This document shows, in pieces, positions 25,245 to 38,969 of a DNA stretch of 64,000 nucleotides. The notes below the pieces were generated by a model that searched no databases, was not told the DNA's origin, and saw only the letters and a list, made by a program, of their open reading frames with translations. The position numbers were made by a program, and so were the translations under genes. Numbering within the stretch: the first letter of the stretch is position 1; every line of letters starts with the position of its first letter. This stretch comes from Paraspadella gotoi (Eukaryota > Animalia > Chaetognatha), in the NCBI GenBank assembly GCA_051294375.1, contig CM119270.1, forward strand, positions 20,544,417-20,608,416, written 5' to 3'.

Positions 25245-25890
25245 TAGAATGAATGTGATGAGAAAATGAGAAAAGAGAGAATGAATTTTATGGCGGAAAA
25301 AAAAGAAAAGAGGGAATGAATGAGATGAGAAAATGAGAAAAGAGAGAATGAATTTTATGAAGGAAAAAAATAAAAGAGGGAATGAATGAGATGAGAAAAT
25401 TAGGAAAGAGAGAATGAATTTTATGAAGGAAAAAAAGAAAAGAGGGAATGAAAGAGATGAGAAAATTAGGAAAGAGAGAATGAATTTTATGAAGAAAAAA
25501 AGAAAAGAGGGAATGAATGAGATGAGAAAATTAGGAAAAAGAGAATGAATTTTATGAAGGAAAAAAAAGAAAAAAGGGAATGAATGAGATGAGAAAATTA
25601 GGAAAGAGAGAATGAATTTTATGGTGGAAAAAAAATAAAAGAGGGAATGAATGTGATGAGAAAATGAGAAAAGAGAGAATGAATTTTATGGCGGAAAAAA
25701 AAGAGGGAATGAATGAGATGAGAAAATTAGGAAAGAGAGAATGAATTTTATGAAGGAAAAAAAAGAAAAGAGGGAATGAATGTGATGAGAAAATTAGGAA
25801 AGAGAGAATGAATTTTATGGCGGGAAAAAAATAAAAGAGGGAATGAATGAGATGAGAAAATTAGGAAAGAGAGAATGAATTTTATGGAGG
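25245..25890 (+). repeat. ~60-bp minisatellite (aaagagggaatgaatgagatgagaaaattaggaaagagagaatgaattttatg)
   Basis: About 10 tandem copies. Confidence 0.9.
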
Positions 25891-26202
25891 AAAAAACGGA
25901 AGAAATTATTTGTGAAAATAAAGTTGAAATTTTAAAGGAAAAAGAATGAAAAGAAAATCGGTCGTTAAAATGAAAAGAAGTAATGAAAATAAATGTAAAA
26001 ATGAATGTAAAAATAAATGTAAAAATAAATGTAAAAAAGAATGAAAAGAAATCGGTCGTTAAAATGAAAAGAAGTAATGAAAATAAATGTAAAAATGAAC
26101 ATAATGATTTTAAAAAAATAAATAGTTTACAAGCTCTAATGAAAGAAAAAAAATTTCATCAAGAAAAGAAGAAATGAAAGAACAAAGAAAGAAGGGTGAA
26201 AA

Positions 26203-26241
<39 letters not shown>

Positions 26242-26325
26242 TAAGAATCGAGCTCGGATGACTTTATGTCGCCGACATCAGCAGAATGAGGGCGTGGAAG
26301 AAATTTCGACTTCCGACGAAAATTA

Positions 26326-26438
<113 letters not shown>

Positions 26439-27059
26439 AACTGGATATAGGGAAAGTCCAAAGATAAAAGAGAAAAAGGAGGAAGAGGAATAAAAATATT
26501 AAGCGTCAAAAACAAATTCGATGAAAAGAAAGAAATTGAGATAAAAAAAGAGAATGTCAGACAATGCGAGATAGTGTGGGCAAAAAAAAATAATACTATA
26601 AAAAAGTGTAAAAAAGGATGATATCTGGTTTCAGACAATGTTGAAATATGTTAATCAGACGACTTTGAAAGATGTCTATTTTTGTCTATCAACGTCTAAC
26701 TTTGTCTAACAACGTCGGACATGAAAGAACCAAGTTGATCGTCCGAAAAAAAGAAAACGATTCCCGATGAGAGAAAGGGAGAGAGAGATCACGTAGGAAT
26801 GACCTCTGCTGGCACAAAGTGGGGAGAAAATGAGGGATAATGAATAGAAATGAAGAGAGAATGAAGAGAAAATGAAGAAGAATCAGACGGAGCCTTCCTG
26901 ATGATGGATAAGATGATTGGAAGAACGGAGGGAGAACGATGGAAGACTGGAAGAATGTGTGGAAGAATGAGGATAAACAAAAGAGAACAACGCATGAGGA
27001 GATGAAAAAATGAAATGAAAAAAATCATAAAACTGGATGAATGAATTTATTGAAGCAAG

Positions 27060-27470
27060 TTGAAAAAAAAAGAAGGAAAGAACATATAAGAATAACATTG
27101 GAAGAACGAAGGAGAACAAAGCTGCAAGAATGAAAAAAAAACACGGAGGAACAAATGAGAATATCATTGGAAGAACAAAGGAGAACGAAGCTGCAAGAAT
27201 AAAAAAAAACACGGAAGAACAAATGAGAATAACATTGGAAGAACGAAGGAGAACGAAGCTGCAAGAATGAAAAAAAAACATGGAAGAACAAATGAGAATA
27301 ACATTGGAAGAACGAAGGAGAATGAAGCTGTAAGAATGAAAAAAAATACGGAAGAACAAATGAGAATAACGTTGAAAGAATGAAGGAGAACGAAGCTGTA
27401 AGAATGAAAAAAAAAACATGTAAAAACAAATGAGACTAACATTGGAATAACGAAGGAGAACGACGCCGAA
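27060..27470 (+). repeat. ~65-bp minisatellite (gaacaaatgagaataacattggaagaacgaaggagaacgaagctgcaagaatg)
   Basis: About 6 tandem copies. Confidence 0.9.
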
Positions 27471-27744
27471 AGAACGAAGGATGTTGACGCCGAAAGGACA
27501 AAAGAGAGTGACGCCGGAAACGAAAGACGAGAGGGGACGCGCGACGTCGGGAATTCAAATGCGCGCCGCCGATTCCATTCGCGGCGCCGGTGGGCGACCG
27601 TGAGAAGGAAATGGGGGGAGAGGGGGTTGTGAAGGGGTTGGGGTAAAGACGAAGATGGCGTCGTTGTGAAAGGTGATCCAGTGGCGTGACCAGTGGGTGA
27701 AAGGAAGGAGAATAGAAAGGCGAACACGTGCTAAGAGTGAAGAA

Positions 27745-27815
<71 letters not shown>

Positions 27816-28344
27816 TTATACTTCAGAAGATAATATTGAATCAAATTAAAACGAGAAAAAACGTTAAGTTATTTTTAGGGGTTTTTTTTCATGAAAGGCG
27901 TAGTGACGAATTCATTACTATAATTCGGTATAAATGTTATTTTTTTAATGAAGGAGGAACGAAAGATAAAAATTGTAATTTTGTTTGTAGTAATTAAAAA
28001 AATTAATATTAATAAATTTAGATCGAATTTAGCGACAGAAGAATCGAGGTTAAGAAAATAGAGCGACCGACCGACTTAAATTATTCTTTATAAAAATGCA
28101 ATGACGCATCTTAAATATTAACGAAACTTTAACGGCCTTGACGAGGAGAATTAGGAGGAGGAGGAGAAAAAAGAAGAAGAGAGGGAGGATGAGGAAGAGC
28201 AAGAATAAAAAAGGTGGAGGAGGAGGAGTAAGAGAAGGAGAAAGAGGTAGAAGAATAGGAAAAGAAAAGAAAAAGGACGAGAAAGAGGAAAAGAAAGAGG
28301 AAAGAAAAGTAGAATAGGAATATCCAGAGAAGGATAAAAATAGG

Positions 28345-28562
28345 AAGAGGAAGAGGACGAGGTTGAGGAAGAGGAAGAGGACGAGCTTGAGGAAGAGGAA
28401 GAGGACGAGCCTGTGGAAGAGGAAGAATAAGAGGAAGAGCTTGAGGAAGAGGAAGAGGACGAGCTTGAGGAAGAGGAGGAAGAAGAGGACGAGCTTGAGG
28501 AACAGGATGAGGAAGAGGACGAGCTTGAGGAAGAAGAAGATGAAGAGGACGAGCTTGAGGAG
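28345..28562 (+). repeat. 24-27-bp purine-rich tandem repeat (gaggaagaggaagaggacgagctt)
   Basis: Tandem copies visible. Confidence 0.9.
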
Positions 28563-28887
28563 GTGAACCTTCGATAGGTCGAGACTCAAAGTGAAAAGGA
28601 GAGTGGAGCAGCTGGAGTCAAAAAGGAGAAAAACTGAGGAGCAAAGTGGGGAATCGGCAAAAGAGGTTGTCTCGGGGTCTCGAGACATTTTTCACAAACG
28701 CGCCACCAAAGCTCCACTAAAGCGTCAAACTCGCGTCAATCTCGCGTCAATTCCGCGTCAATTTCGCGCCAACGCAACAGAGACGCCTTCAACTTTTTGC
28801 TTGAGTTCTTTCTCAATCTCACACTAAACGAACTTAATCAAAATCAGTTTCCCGCCATCAATGACACTAATGACATTAATGACACGA

Positions 28888-28940
<53 letters not shown>

Positions 28941-29020
28941 TCATATGACATCTAAAAGAGGAGACACAAAGAGCAGACTTGTCACCACGTCCGTCTCCAG
29001 GGCCAATGACCATCAATGGA

Positions 29021-29118
<98 letters not shown>

Positions 29119-29410
29119 CCGATATCCCTTCTCTCTCTCCTTTTTTATTACAATCGATAAATTTTCTTATGGAAGGCTTAGAACCTTCGCCATCGATATA
29201 AAAAACTTCCGAGGAAAGAGAGAAGGGACTTGTGGTGGGCAGTTGTGGGTCCCACTTGGTTCCGAGTTGTGGTTGTGACGGCGGTGGTGGTAAGTTTAGA
29301 CTTCTTTGTCGCCGCCAGGTGGGAGTTTCATTCACTGGTGGAAGCGTTGGCAAACGTGTTGCTTCCGCGATATGTGATATATTTGTGATTAGTTGCAGTG
29401 GTGGGCATTA

Positions 29411-30004
29411 AGGCGGAACAGGTTACAAACTAACAGAAGTCCGGTTTAAATATTGTTAATGTGTTCATTAAAGATCGTAAAAATAAAAAAAATAGAAAAT
29501 TTAGCTTATAGTTAAACGCATGGAAGCTATTTTATATTATCCGAATACTATATAATGTCAAAAAAAAATTAAGAAATTGGAATTTTTTTTTATGGATTCT
29601 GATAGAGCTTGAAAAGTTAGATGAAGGTTATTATTACTGCTTTTTAAAATTTTAATGATTTATCTATGAAAATTTAAAAAACCTATAAAATTTAATTAAT
29701 GATGATGATGATAATAATTTTTTAAGGTTTTTTTTAAATTTTAGCCCATTTATCATTAAAATTTTTAAAATTTGTAGTACTAACCTTTATCTAACTTTTA
29801 ATCTCTATCAGAATCCCTTTTTAAAAATTTTATTTATAAAAAAATTAAGCATTTCTTATATATTGTTAAATATTAAAATGCTTCCATGCGTGAGGAAAAT
29901 TAATTTAAAATTTAACATCATAAGTCAATTTGGCTTGAAAAGGACAAAAGACTTTTATTGCAGACTTTTTCATATTGTAAAAAATGTTAAATTTTGGCCC
30001 GCCT
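29411..30004 (+). mobile_element. ~600-bp MITE with AGGCGG/CCGCCT termini and TA target duplication (copy 1)
   Basis: TA|AGGCGG...CCGCCT|TA; internal inverted repeat ggattctgatagag/ctctatcagaatcc; near-identical inverted copy at 33979-34585. Confidence 0.85.
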
Positions 30005-30749
30005 TACTGGGCATCTGTGATCTCTGGTTTCTTTTAAATCGAGTGACCAGTGATCGAGTGACCAGCGAGATGATGACAGCACTACGCCTTGATTGCCATC
30101 CCTGATGATTTCTATTTCTGGCAGCGGCCATTTGCAATGACGTCCACCTGCAATGCAATAATTTTCTTCCTTATTCTTTTTTTTTTTTTTTGAGGCCAAA
30201 TCTAAAAAGTGACCCGAAATTCCGCTTCTTTCCTTCTTCGGTTCCGTCACTCGATTCTATTTTTAGAATTGTTTTTCTTTTTTCCGCGATCAACAACAAC
30301 AACAACAACCAAAAAGAGTCGTGGGAAAAAAGGGGAAAAAAAGGAAAGTGAAATAAAAAAAGGAGAAAAAGAAAGGAAAAGAGAAAAGGAAAAGATAAAG
30401 ATGAAGCGGACGTGCGGACGACAACTCGAGAACTAGGGAAAAAACAAGGAAAAATGAAGAAGGAAAAGAAATGAGGAAAAAATGAGGTGAGGATTGAATG
30501 AAGAAGATGAAGAAAGAAATATATAGGAAAGTGAAAATAGAGAAAAGAAAAATTTAAAAAGAGATGATTTATACAGTTATATTTATATTTATTTATATAT
30601 ATTTATATATATTTATAGTTATATTTATATAGTTAAAATTCACGAAATGAGATAAATTCTAAGTTGTTTAACTTTAATTTTAACTTTAAGTAGTGCATTA
30701 CTCTGTTTTTGAGGACAATTAAAATTTTAAGTATTATTGACTCTCTTTC

Positions 30750-30790
<41 letters not shown>

Positions 30791-31810
30791 CCGCGAATTG
30801 AGTCCTCCAGATAATTGAATATCATTGATTCTCTCGTCTCTTTTCGGCCTCAACCTTCAACCTTGACATGGAAAAGCGAAACTTTGTATAGAATTGTTAA
30901 CAGAGATACAATAAAATTATTTGGCCCTGAGCTTTGACCCCTGGTCATTGGCCTTTTGGATTTGAGTGCATGAAGACCAAATCGGTAATTTGTATATCGT
31001 TAATATATCTATAAATTGTTAATGTTATCTTACTGTGAGGATACTGGACAAAGCACACAAATATTTCTCTCTCTCGCGAAAGAGTTTTTCTTTTTTTCCA
31101 TAACCTAATATTTTTTTGACTCTTAAACGAAATTCAAGTAGTTTCACTAAAATTACGAAAACAATTTTAGCCGGAACCCCAAAATATGGCCAAAGTTTCG
31201 GGGGGGGGGGTTCCGAACCCCCCCTCCGAAAATTTGGCCATATTTTTTAAAAGCTCTCGATTAAATTTAAAATTAGGTTAAATAATTAAATTAAAAGTTA
31301 AGGTCCATAATTAAGTTAAGGATTTAGTTTCGGATTAGGATTTGGATTATGATTTGGATTAGGAATCGGGGTTAGTGATAAGTTAAAGGATTATAATTTA
31401 GAAATAATGTTAAGTATTAAAATTAGGGTTGAGTTTCAGGTTAAGGATTAAGCAATTGTTTAAGCATTAATGTATAATTCGGTTAAAAATTTAGTAAAAT
31501 GGTTAAATATTAGGGTTAGCATAATGTTCGGAGATTATAAACGAAAACAGGACGCTTTCGAAAAATAGCGGCGAAATTTTTAGGTCTAATGAAGAAAAAA
31601 AAGATGGTTTTTTGCCTCAAAAAAAAAAAAAAGAAAAAAAAGATCTTTTCGTTTCCCTTAAGTTTCCTCCCAATTCGCTTTGTCTTCTCAAGTCTCATCC
31701 TCTTTTTCTCTCCTCTCTTTACTCTCATCTATTTTTCAAGGGAGAGAGAGAGAAAGACTGAAAAGAATAAGAGATGGCAAGAGAAGAGAGAGAAAAGAGA
31801 GAGAGAGGGA

Positions 31811-31855
<45 letters not shown>

Positions 31856-33155
31856 GCTATGAGTGTTTTTTTCTCCTCATTTCCTCGCCTCGCTTAATAG
31901 AGGATTCTTTACGGGCCTCTGATTCTCTGAAGAGAGGAGAGAGCAGACGGTGGAACGAGAGGAAAAGAGACGAGAAGAGGAGAAGAGAGCAAAGAGAGAT
32001 GAGCGAAAGAGAGAGAGCCTCCGATTCTCTGGAGAGTCGATCTTTAGAGTCGACATCGGATTTCGGGTTTTAAGGGAAAAGACTGATTGTTGAGTCGTTG
32101 GATTAGGGATATTTGGATTAGAAAAATGTCATTGGATTAGGGATATTTGAATTACAAAAATTTCATTGGATTATGTATATTTGAATTATAAAATTATAAT
32201 AGCTAATTTAATCATTAATTCGTTGGAAAAAGTATTATTCTCCTCCTCTTCCTCCTCGTACTATCCTTCCTTTTTCTCCTCCTCCTCCTCCTCCCCCTCC
32301 TCTTCACTCTCTCTGACCCCACCGCCCGGTTAGACACGCCCATCCTTAATTAGTTAATGAGTCTCGAACTCGCAAAGGACGAAGAGAAGGAATTAGCGGC
32401 GCCGGAATTTCATTAGGATGGCGCGAAAATTTGAAAAGAGGAAAAAAGTCAAACTTAAAATTTTTCGTTAGCCTTTTGTTTAGTTAAAAGTGAAAAAAAA
32501 ACTATACTATTTATAGATTTAAATAGTTTGTGGGACTTGTGACTAAAAAGAACAGCTAGATAGCACTATGAAATTTTTTACGTAAACAAATTTATTATAA
32601 AACTATCCATTCATTCGAATATAAATAGACTATCTTGAGCCTGACTTTTCACAGGCTATGGGCCTCCATTCCTCTATATATCTTTTAAAATTATATGGAC
32701 TATATGTTGATTCGTCTTAGATGGACTTTATTGCTCGGCCACTGCGTTGTCGTTGTCGTTGTCGTTGTCGTCGTCGTTGTCGTTGTCGTCATCGTTGTCG
32801 TCACTGCAGTTACAAAAGACAATTAGATTCTCACTAAAATGAATCATGAAGGAAAAAAAAAATTATTCAAGATGGCGGGTAAAATCGNNNNNNNNNNNNN
32901 NNNNNNNNNNNNNNNNNNNNNNNNNNNNNNNNNNNNNNNNNNNNNNNNNNNNNNNNNNNNNNNNNNNNNNNNNNNNNNNNNNNNNNNNNNNNNNNNNNNN
33001 NNCTCCATCTCCTCTCCCTTCTCTCTCTGCTCGCTCATTCGCAATGAATAAACCTTTGACTTCGCACACAATTATTTTTTATGCGGATTTTGTTCCACGA
33101 AATTTTCTATCGATTCAACTTTTTTTAAATTTAAATTTCAACTCATAACTTCGCC

Positions 33156-33189
<34 letters not shown>

Positions 33190-33744
33190 GTTCGTAAGCA
33201 CTTTCAAAGAGTTTTTATCAAAACGAGGCTCGTTAAAATGCAAATATCGCAAAAAAAGGAAGTCAAATTAGAAAATATAGCATTTTGTCCTTATTATACA
33301 TATTTATATATTTAGTTTATACAGTTAATTTTTTTGTTTATTTTCTTGAAACTGTTATTCTAGTTTCAAAAGCGACACGTCGCCCTCTTTCGTCTTAAGC
33401 TAAAATTCTTCGAGACAAACGAAGACAAATGCGGCAAGGAACGACGATGACGATGACGACGACTATGACGACGACGATGACGACGATACCGAAAACGACA
33501 ACAACAATGACGAAAACGACGACGACAAGAAAGACGTCTGCGATGACTGCGACAAAAACAATGACCATGAGGTCGATGACGATGATGACCACAACGACGA
33601 CGAATGAGAAGTAAAAATCCCTAGAGTTGACTTGGAGTCGACACTCTGTGTCCTCCTCCTCCTCCTCCTCCTGTTGTCTTTTTTCAGTTTTAAGACGACG
33701 ACGACGACAATGATGATTATGTGAATTAGGCGCTAAGTGAAGAC

Positions 33745-33950
33745 TACTATCCGTAACTTCTATGGCCTCTAGGGAGCCATCGAACAGCTACTGGGCTCGG
33801 AAGCAGACTTGAGGGATTATCAGGCCCCTAAGGCGGTTGACGGCCGTCCTCACCCTTCACGCAGGGTAGGTACCGGGTTAGGGATTGAACCCGGTACCTA
33901 CTACCTGGTGGTCATGAGCTGATGGCTTTACTCAATGAGCCACCGTGTCA
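33745..33950 (-). mobile_element. tRNA-derived SINE
   Basis: Minus strand CGGTGGCTCATTGAGTAAAG (A box) ... GGGTTCAATCCC (B box), followed by a non-tRNA body. Confidence 0.7.
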
Positions 33951-33978
33951 CGACTGAAGGAGTTATGCTTATAGGCTA

Positions 33979-34585
33979 AGGCGGGCCAAAATTTAACATT
34001 TTTTACAATATGAAAAAAGTCTTGCTAAAAAGCTTTTGTCCTTTCAAGCCAAATTGACTTATGATGTTAAATTTTGATTAAATTAATTTTCCTCGCGCAT
34101 GGAAGCATTTTAATATTTAACAATATATAAGAAATGCTTAATTTTTTTTTATAAATAAAATTTTTATAAAAAGGGATTCTGATAGAGATTAAAAAGTTAG
34201 ATAAAGGTTAGTACTACAAATTTTAAAAAATTTTAATGATAAATGGGCTAAAATTTAAAAAAAACCTTAAAAAATTATTATCATCATCATCATTAATTAA
34301 ATTTTATTAGGTTTTTTAAATTTTCATAGATAAATCATTAAAATTTTAAAAAGCAGTAATAATAACCTTCATCTAACTTTTCAAGCTCTATCAGAATCCG
34401 TAAAAAAAATTCAAAATTTTCTTAATTTTTTTTTTTTGACATTATATAGTATTCGGATAATAAAAATAGCTTCCATGCGTTTAACTATAAGCTAAATTTT
34501 CTATTTTTTTTATTTTTACGATCTTTAATGAACACATTAACAATATTTAAACCGGACTTCTGTTAGTTTGTAACCTGTTCCGCCT
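33979..34585 (-). mobile_element. Same MITE, copy 2, inverted
   Basis: Reverse complement of 29411-30004, also flanked by TA. Confidence 0.85.
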
Positions 34586-34661
34586 TATATAGGCGGGGTG
34601 AACTTCTGCAATCCCGACTACAATGACGAACGACGACGACGACGGACGATTGATATGATGA

Positions 34662-34693
<32 letters not shown>

Positions 34694-35099
34694 GAAGACA
34701 AACACACAGATAATAACGCTAACGATGGAAATGACGATGACAGCAATGACTTCATGAGAAAAAAATGGAAAATGGCTGTTCATTGTTCAAGGAGCTTAAT
34801 TTAATTAGATTTTTTAACATCGAAAAAAGATGAAATTAAAATAAACTTAGGATCATTTATTCTGATGAACTTTGTAATCAAACGTTGAATTGAATTTGCA
34901 ATGGAGAAAACAAAAGCTAAACGAAATACGTTTGTCCTTTCTTTCTATGCAGATTGAGGAAACTACCACAATCTTTGTTGGCCGGCCCCCAAAAAAATAT
35001 TACTTTCTGTGACGTTCGTTTAACGTTCGTATGAATTTATCACGAGATAAAGAATAAAGAGAAGTAGTGGTTAGCAAAGTAAACATTCCCAAGCCGTAG

Positions 35100-35151
<52 letters not shown>

Positions 35152-35269
35152 TCTCTTATCTTAATGAAAAAAGTATATCTCCGCAAATGGAAACAAAGAA
35201 AATTGGCGAACGAGGGAAATAAAAAGGGAAATAAGGAAAACAAATGAAGGGAGAGAAAGAGGTTTGACT

Positions 35270-35320
<51 letters not shown>

Positions 35321-35452
35321 CTAATGGAGGAAACTAAAAGCGAAATGAAGATAAAAAAAATGAGAAGAAAGAAGGGCAAAGAAAAGAGAGGAACAAACTG
35401 ACTCTCTTTTTAATCTATATTTACGTTTTTAAATTAGTACTAAACGTTTTGA

Positions 35453-35488
<36 letters not shown>

Positions 35489-36130
35489 CAGTAGGGGTAC
35501 CCGCACTCAATGGGGTGAGTCAAAAATTTAGAGTGAGTACAAGCTCAAACAAAAATTTATACATTTTTAAGTATACTTTCAATGGACCAACATTTTCTTA
35601 AATGGCTCTATACCCTAGTAATTATTTTTTTAATATTTATTTAAATTTTAAGACCAGATTCAGATAGCTCATACACAAAATATAATTCTTTTTTAAATAT
35701 TTTTAAGATAAGTATGTAGCCAAAAGAGCGAAAAGAGCATCGCTACAAGTAGGTCAAAAATAAGAAAAAACATAAAAAATCGTCATCATTTTTGGATTAT
35801 TTAATCAGTTTTTTAATTTTTACTAAGAAAACATGAGAATTTTTAAAAGCTGTAATTATATTTCTTGTTTAACTTTTTTATGCTCTATCAGAATCCATTA
35901 AAAAATTTTAAGATTTCAATTTTTTTTTCTTAATATAGTAATATAATATTTTTAATTAGGCTAGTACCCTCAGAAAAAATAATTTTTGACAAAATATATT
36001 TTAATACTATAATCTATGCTCGTGACAGATTATTTTAACGTTGTATACATTAGGATTTAAATTTCATCGGCTATGGCTAATTATAGCTAAATTATTATTT
36101 TAACTAAATGTTTTTAGAAAATAACTCTCG
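35489..36130 (+). mobile_element. AT-rich MITE-like element next to (TA)n; relatives at ~42540-42890 and ~54010-54770
   Basis: Starts CAGTAGGGGTAC after a (TA)n tract. Shares ctctatcagaatc, ttcaatggaccaa and atttaaatttcatc blocks with the other copies. Confidence 0.6.
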
Positions 36131-36162
36131 TTGACCACAAGAAATCAAATTAATTCAAGCTT

Positions 36163-36230
<68 letters not shown>

Positions 36231-37120
36231 GTTGTTCTCCCCTCCCCCTCCCCCTTCCATCCACCATCTCGGTACAAAGGGTCAAACAACGAAATCCTCT
36301 TAAAACTCGTTACTTAAACCCCAAAGGTACAGTAAGAAATGTTTGCCAGTTCTAATTTCGAGGGAGTTGTGAAAAAAAAGGAAAAACGCAGGGATTTATC
36401 ACCGCTTAAAACGCCTTCCTTGTATTTTATGTTAAAGACTTTAGATTAACTTTTTTTCTTTCCTTGACTTTCCTTAACTTTCGTTTAATAATTTAAAAAA
36501 AAAACTTGTATATGAAAGACGTCCGTATTTGTTGATTATCCGGATATTTTCCAATACACAGTGAAAGAAATCACCCATAAAGAGAGTACTCCTCTCCACA
36601 GAGAAAGCATAAGTAACCGTTATTAAAAGGTATTGCGCCGTGTTAACCTTCTTTATAATAAATTGTATCACGCGTTAAAAACGTTACCATACATATGCGC
36701 AGAGAGTTTCATGGTCCTGCAACAACCGCCTAAGTATTTCTTCAAATGACTCAGCAATTGCATTCAAACGCGAGTTGGACAGACGGACGGATAAACATAA
36801 TAACCGACCGACCGACCAATGCCCAAATTCTCAAAATAGAGAGCCGGCGATTTATCTAAAACTCTTCCCCAGTTTTTATTCTCTTCCCTATTTTTTAAAA
36901 TATTAACTTTTCCTCTCAGAAAATGAATCCTCTGAGTTCTTTACTTCTTTTTCTCCTCATATTTTTTCAATGAAATTATCCGGTTGTGAATAGAGACAGG
37001 ATTTGTTTTATTCCTTCGTAGAGAAAAAAAAAATAATTAAAAAAAAAAATCACGGTATTAATAATATATAGAGAAAGCAAAGAATTTTGAATTTTTAACA
37101 ACGATTTTTAATTAATAGTT

Positions 37121-37160
37121 GGACATGTTTCGGCTTGTTTACTTCAAGCCTTCATCAGCA
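37121..37160 (-). ncRNA. Minimal type I hammerhead ribozyme motif (Penelope pLTR-type)
   Basis: tg-CTGATGA-aggcttgaagtaaacaagcc-GAAA-catgtc; stem II ggcttg/caagcc. Confidence 0.75.
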
Positions 37161-37444
37161 TAATCGCATAATAATATATAATAAAAATAAAAGAACAACA
37201 CGGTATTAATAATAAATAATATATCAACGAAGGGAAGTAGGCGGAAAAGCCAAGAGAGGCAAACCATTTGGTCTATCAGATCCATCTACTGGTCCATTTC
37301 CTGCGATGACATAATAAAAGAACAACACGGTATTAATAATAAATAATAAATAATAAAATAACAACACGGTAACAGGTAGGATAGATATTGTTGAACACTG
37401 GTGAATGGTGATTGTTCCATTAAGACAATTCAACCTCGATGGAA

Positions 37445-37557
<113 letters not shown>

Positions 37558-37899
37558 GAGAGTTTCCACGCCGTTATCATCGACTCTGCAAATGGAGGTT
37601 TGACTCTTTTCTTTTATTATTCGCGGTTCCATGTTTATGATTAGTATAACTTTTATCCCCTTGTGATTTCAATTAACTTACAAGTTTCATTATAACATAT
37701 TTTTACTATACAACAAATTTGATCTAATAGGGGAAAATTAGCTAAACTAAGGATCAATTGTATACATAAATATACATAAATAAACTAAATATAAATAATC
37801 AAATATTTAAAATCAGCAAAGTACTAGAGTTTCGGATATTTTGCGCCTAAATGTGATATTAATTGTTTGGCTCTCTCGGTTATTCTGTCCCAATATTAC

Positions 37900-38395
37900 T
37901 AGTATCTACAGTAAGGCGTAGTAAAATTTCTAAATTTAACTTTACGATTAAGAATTCTAAAAGTGAAGAACGAACAACGATGTATACATAGATGAACATG
38001 TTATCTGTAATGAGAAAATTTATAAAAAATTTTACAATTTACCAGGTAGGCCACATTATTATTACTAGTACTAATCCAATAAATGTTAAAATTTCAAAAC
38101 AGTTTTTTTTAAGATTTTTTTGCAGATTTGGATTCGTCATAAAAAGTTGATAAAAAGATATATAACTCATTTTATTTTATTAAGTGGGTCAAAAATTAGA
38201 AAAAACTATATTTTAAGCTAAAAGTTAACTTTTTATATATTAAATATAGTTTTAATAATTAACCCACTTAATGAAATAATTTTTAAAAATGATTTATATT
38301 TTCTTTTATCAACTTTTGACGAGGAATTCAAATCTGCAATCAAAATTAAGAAAATACTATTTTGAAATTTTTCGATTTTATAAGGATAGTACTGA
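37900..38395 (+). repeat. ~500-bp AT-rich repeat with a direct copy at ~40340-40835, bracketing the Penelope element
   Basis: gtaaaatttctaaatttaacttta...gacgaggaattcaaatctgcaatcaaaattaag is present in both copies. Confidence 0.8.
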
Positions 38396-38484
38396 TGCGA
38401 TAAACCTTTCGTTTTCGTTGTTATTAGGATATAGAGAAATGCAAAGTTTTTGAATGTGATACAACGAATTTATTTGGAAATACA

Positions 38485-38522
38485 GACATGTTTCGGCTCA
38501 CAATTTCGAGCCTTCATCAGCG
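38485..38522 (-). ncRNA. Minimal hammerhead ribozyme motif in the PLE 3' pLTR
   Basis: cg-CTGATGA-aggctcgaaattgtgagcc-GAAA-catgtc. The inverted copy at 40185-40212 is truncated before GAAAC. Confidence 0.8.
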
Positions 38523-38557
38523 TTTGCCATAAGGAAAAATATTTGTGCAAAAGAAGG

Positions 38558-38615
<58 letters not shown>

Positions 38616-38969
38616 TAAAGGTTTTCCAACAAAGTGGTGTGACAGAATAGTGGTCAGATGAGAGGACAGGCTGAAGTTGAGGACAGATTGAGTGAGTTGT
38701 GAAAAGAAATGAAATTTGTTAGAGAGAGAGAGAGAGAGAGAGAGACAACAGGGATAAATAAATAAATATTAAAGATATATTTTTGTAATGTACAACAAAA
38801 GTAAATGTGAATTTTGAAAAAACTAAATGTCAGTAAGAGTTTAACAATTATCTAGTTAGTTTAAATAATTAGCTAAAGGATAGTGAGATGAAATATGAAA
38901 TTTGAAATGTGAAAAGGATAGTTTTAAGTTTAATTGCAAATGAAGGACAGAGATGATGGTGCCAGGTCA

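Noticed and set aside
25245-25890. Regularly spaced repeats resembling a CRISPR array
   Set aside because: Head-to-tail units without unique spacers, no cas genes, and a eukaryotic context.
26883-27747. Overlapping 130-190 aa hydrophobic ORFs
   Set aside because: They arise from a stop-poor ~65-bp minisatellite that is open in all three minus frames.
28050-28688. 212-aa Leu/Phe-rich ORF and the opposite RKRKRTSL ORF
   Set aside because: Product of a purine-rich tandem repeat; no unique coding flanks or splice support.
33865-33950. Possible tRNA gene
   Set aside because: A and B boxes are present, but there is no canonical cloverleaf and it continues into a body sequence; better explained as a SINE.
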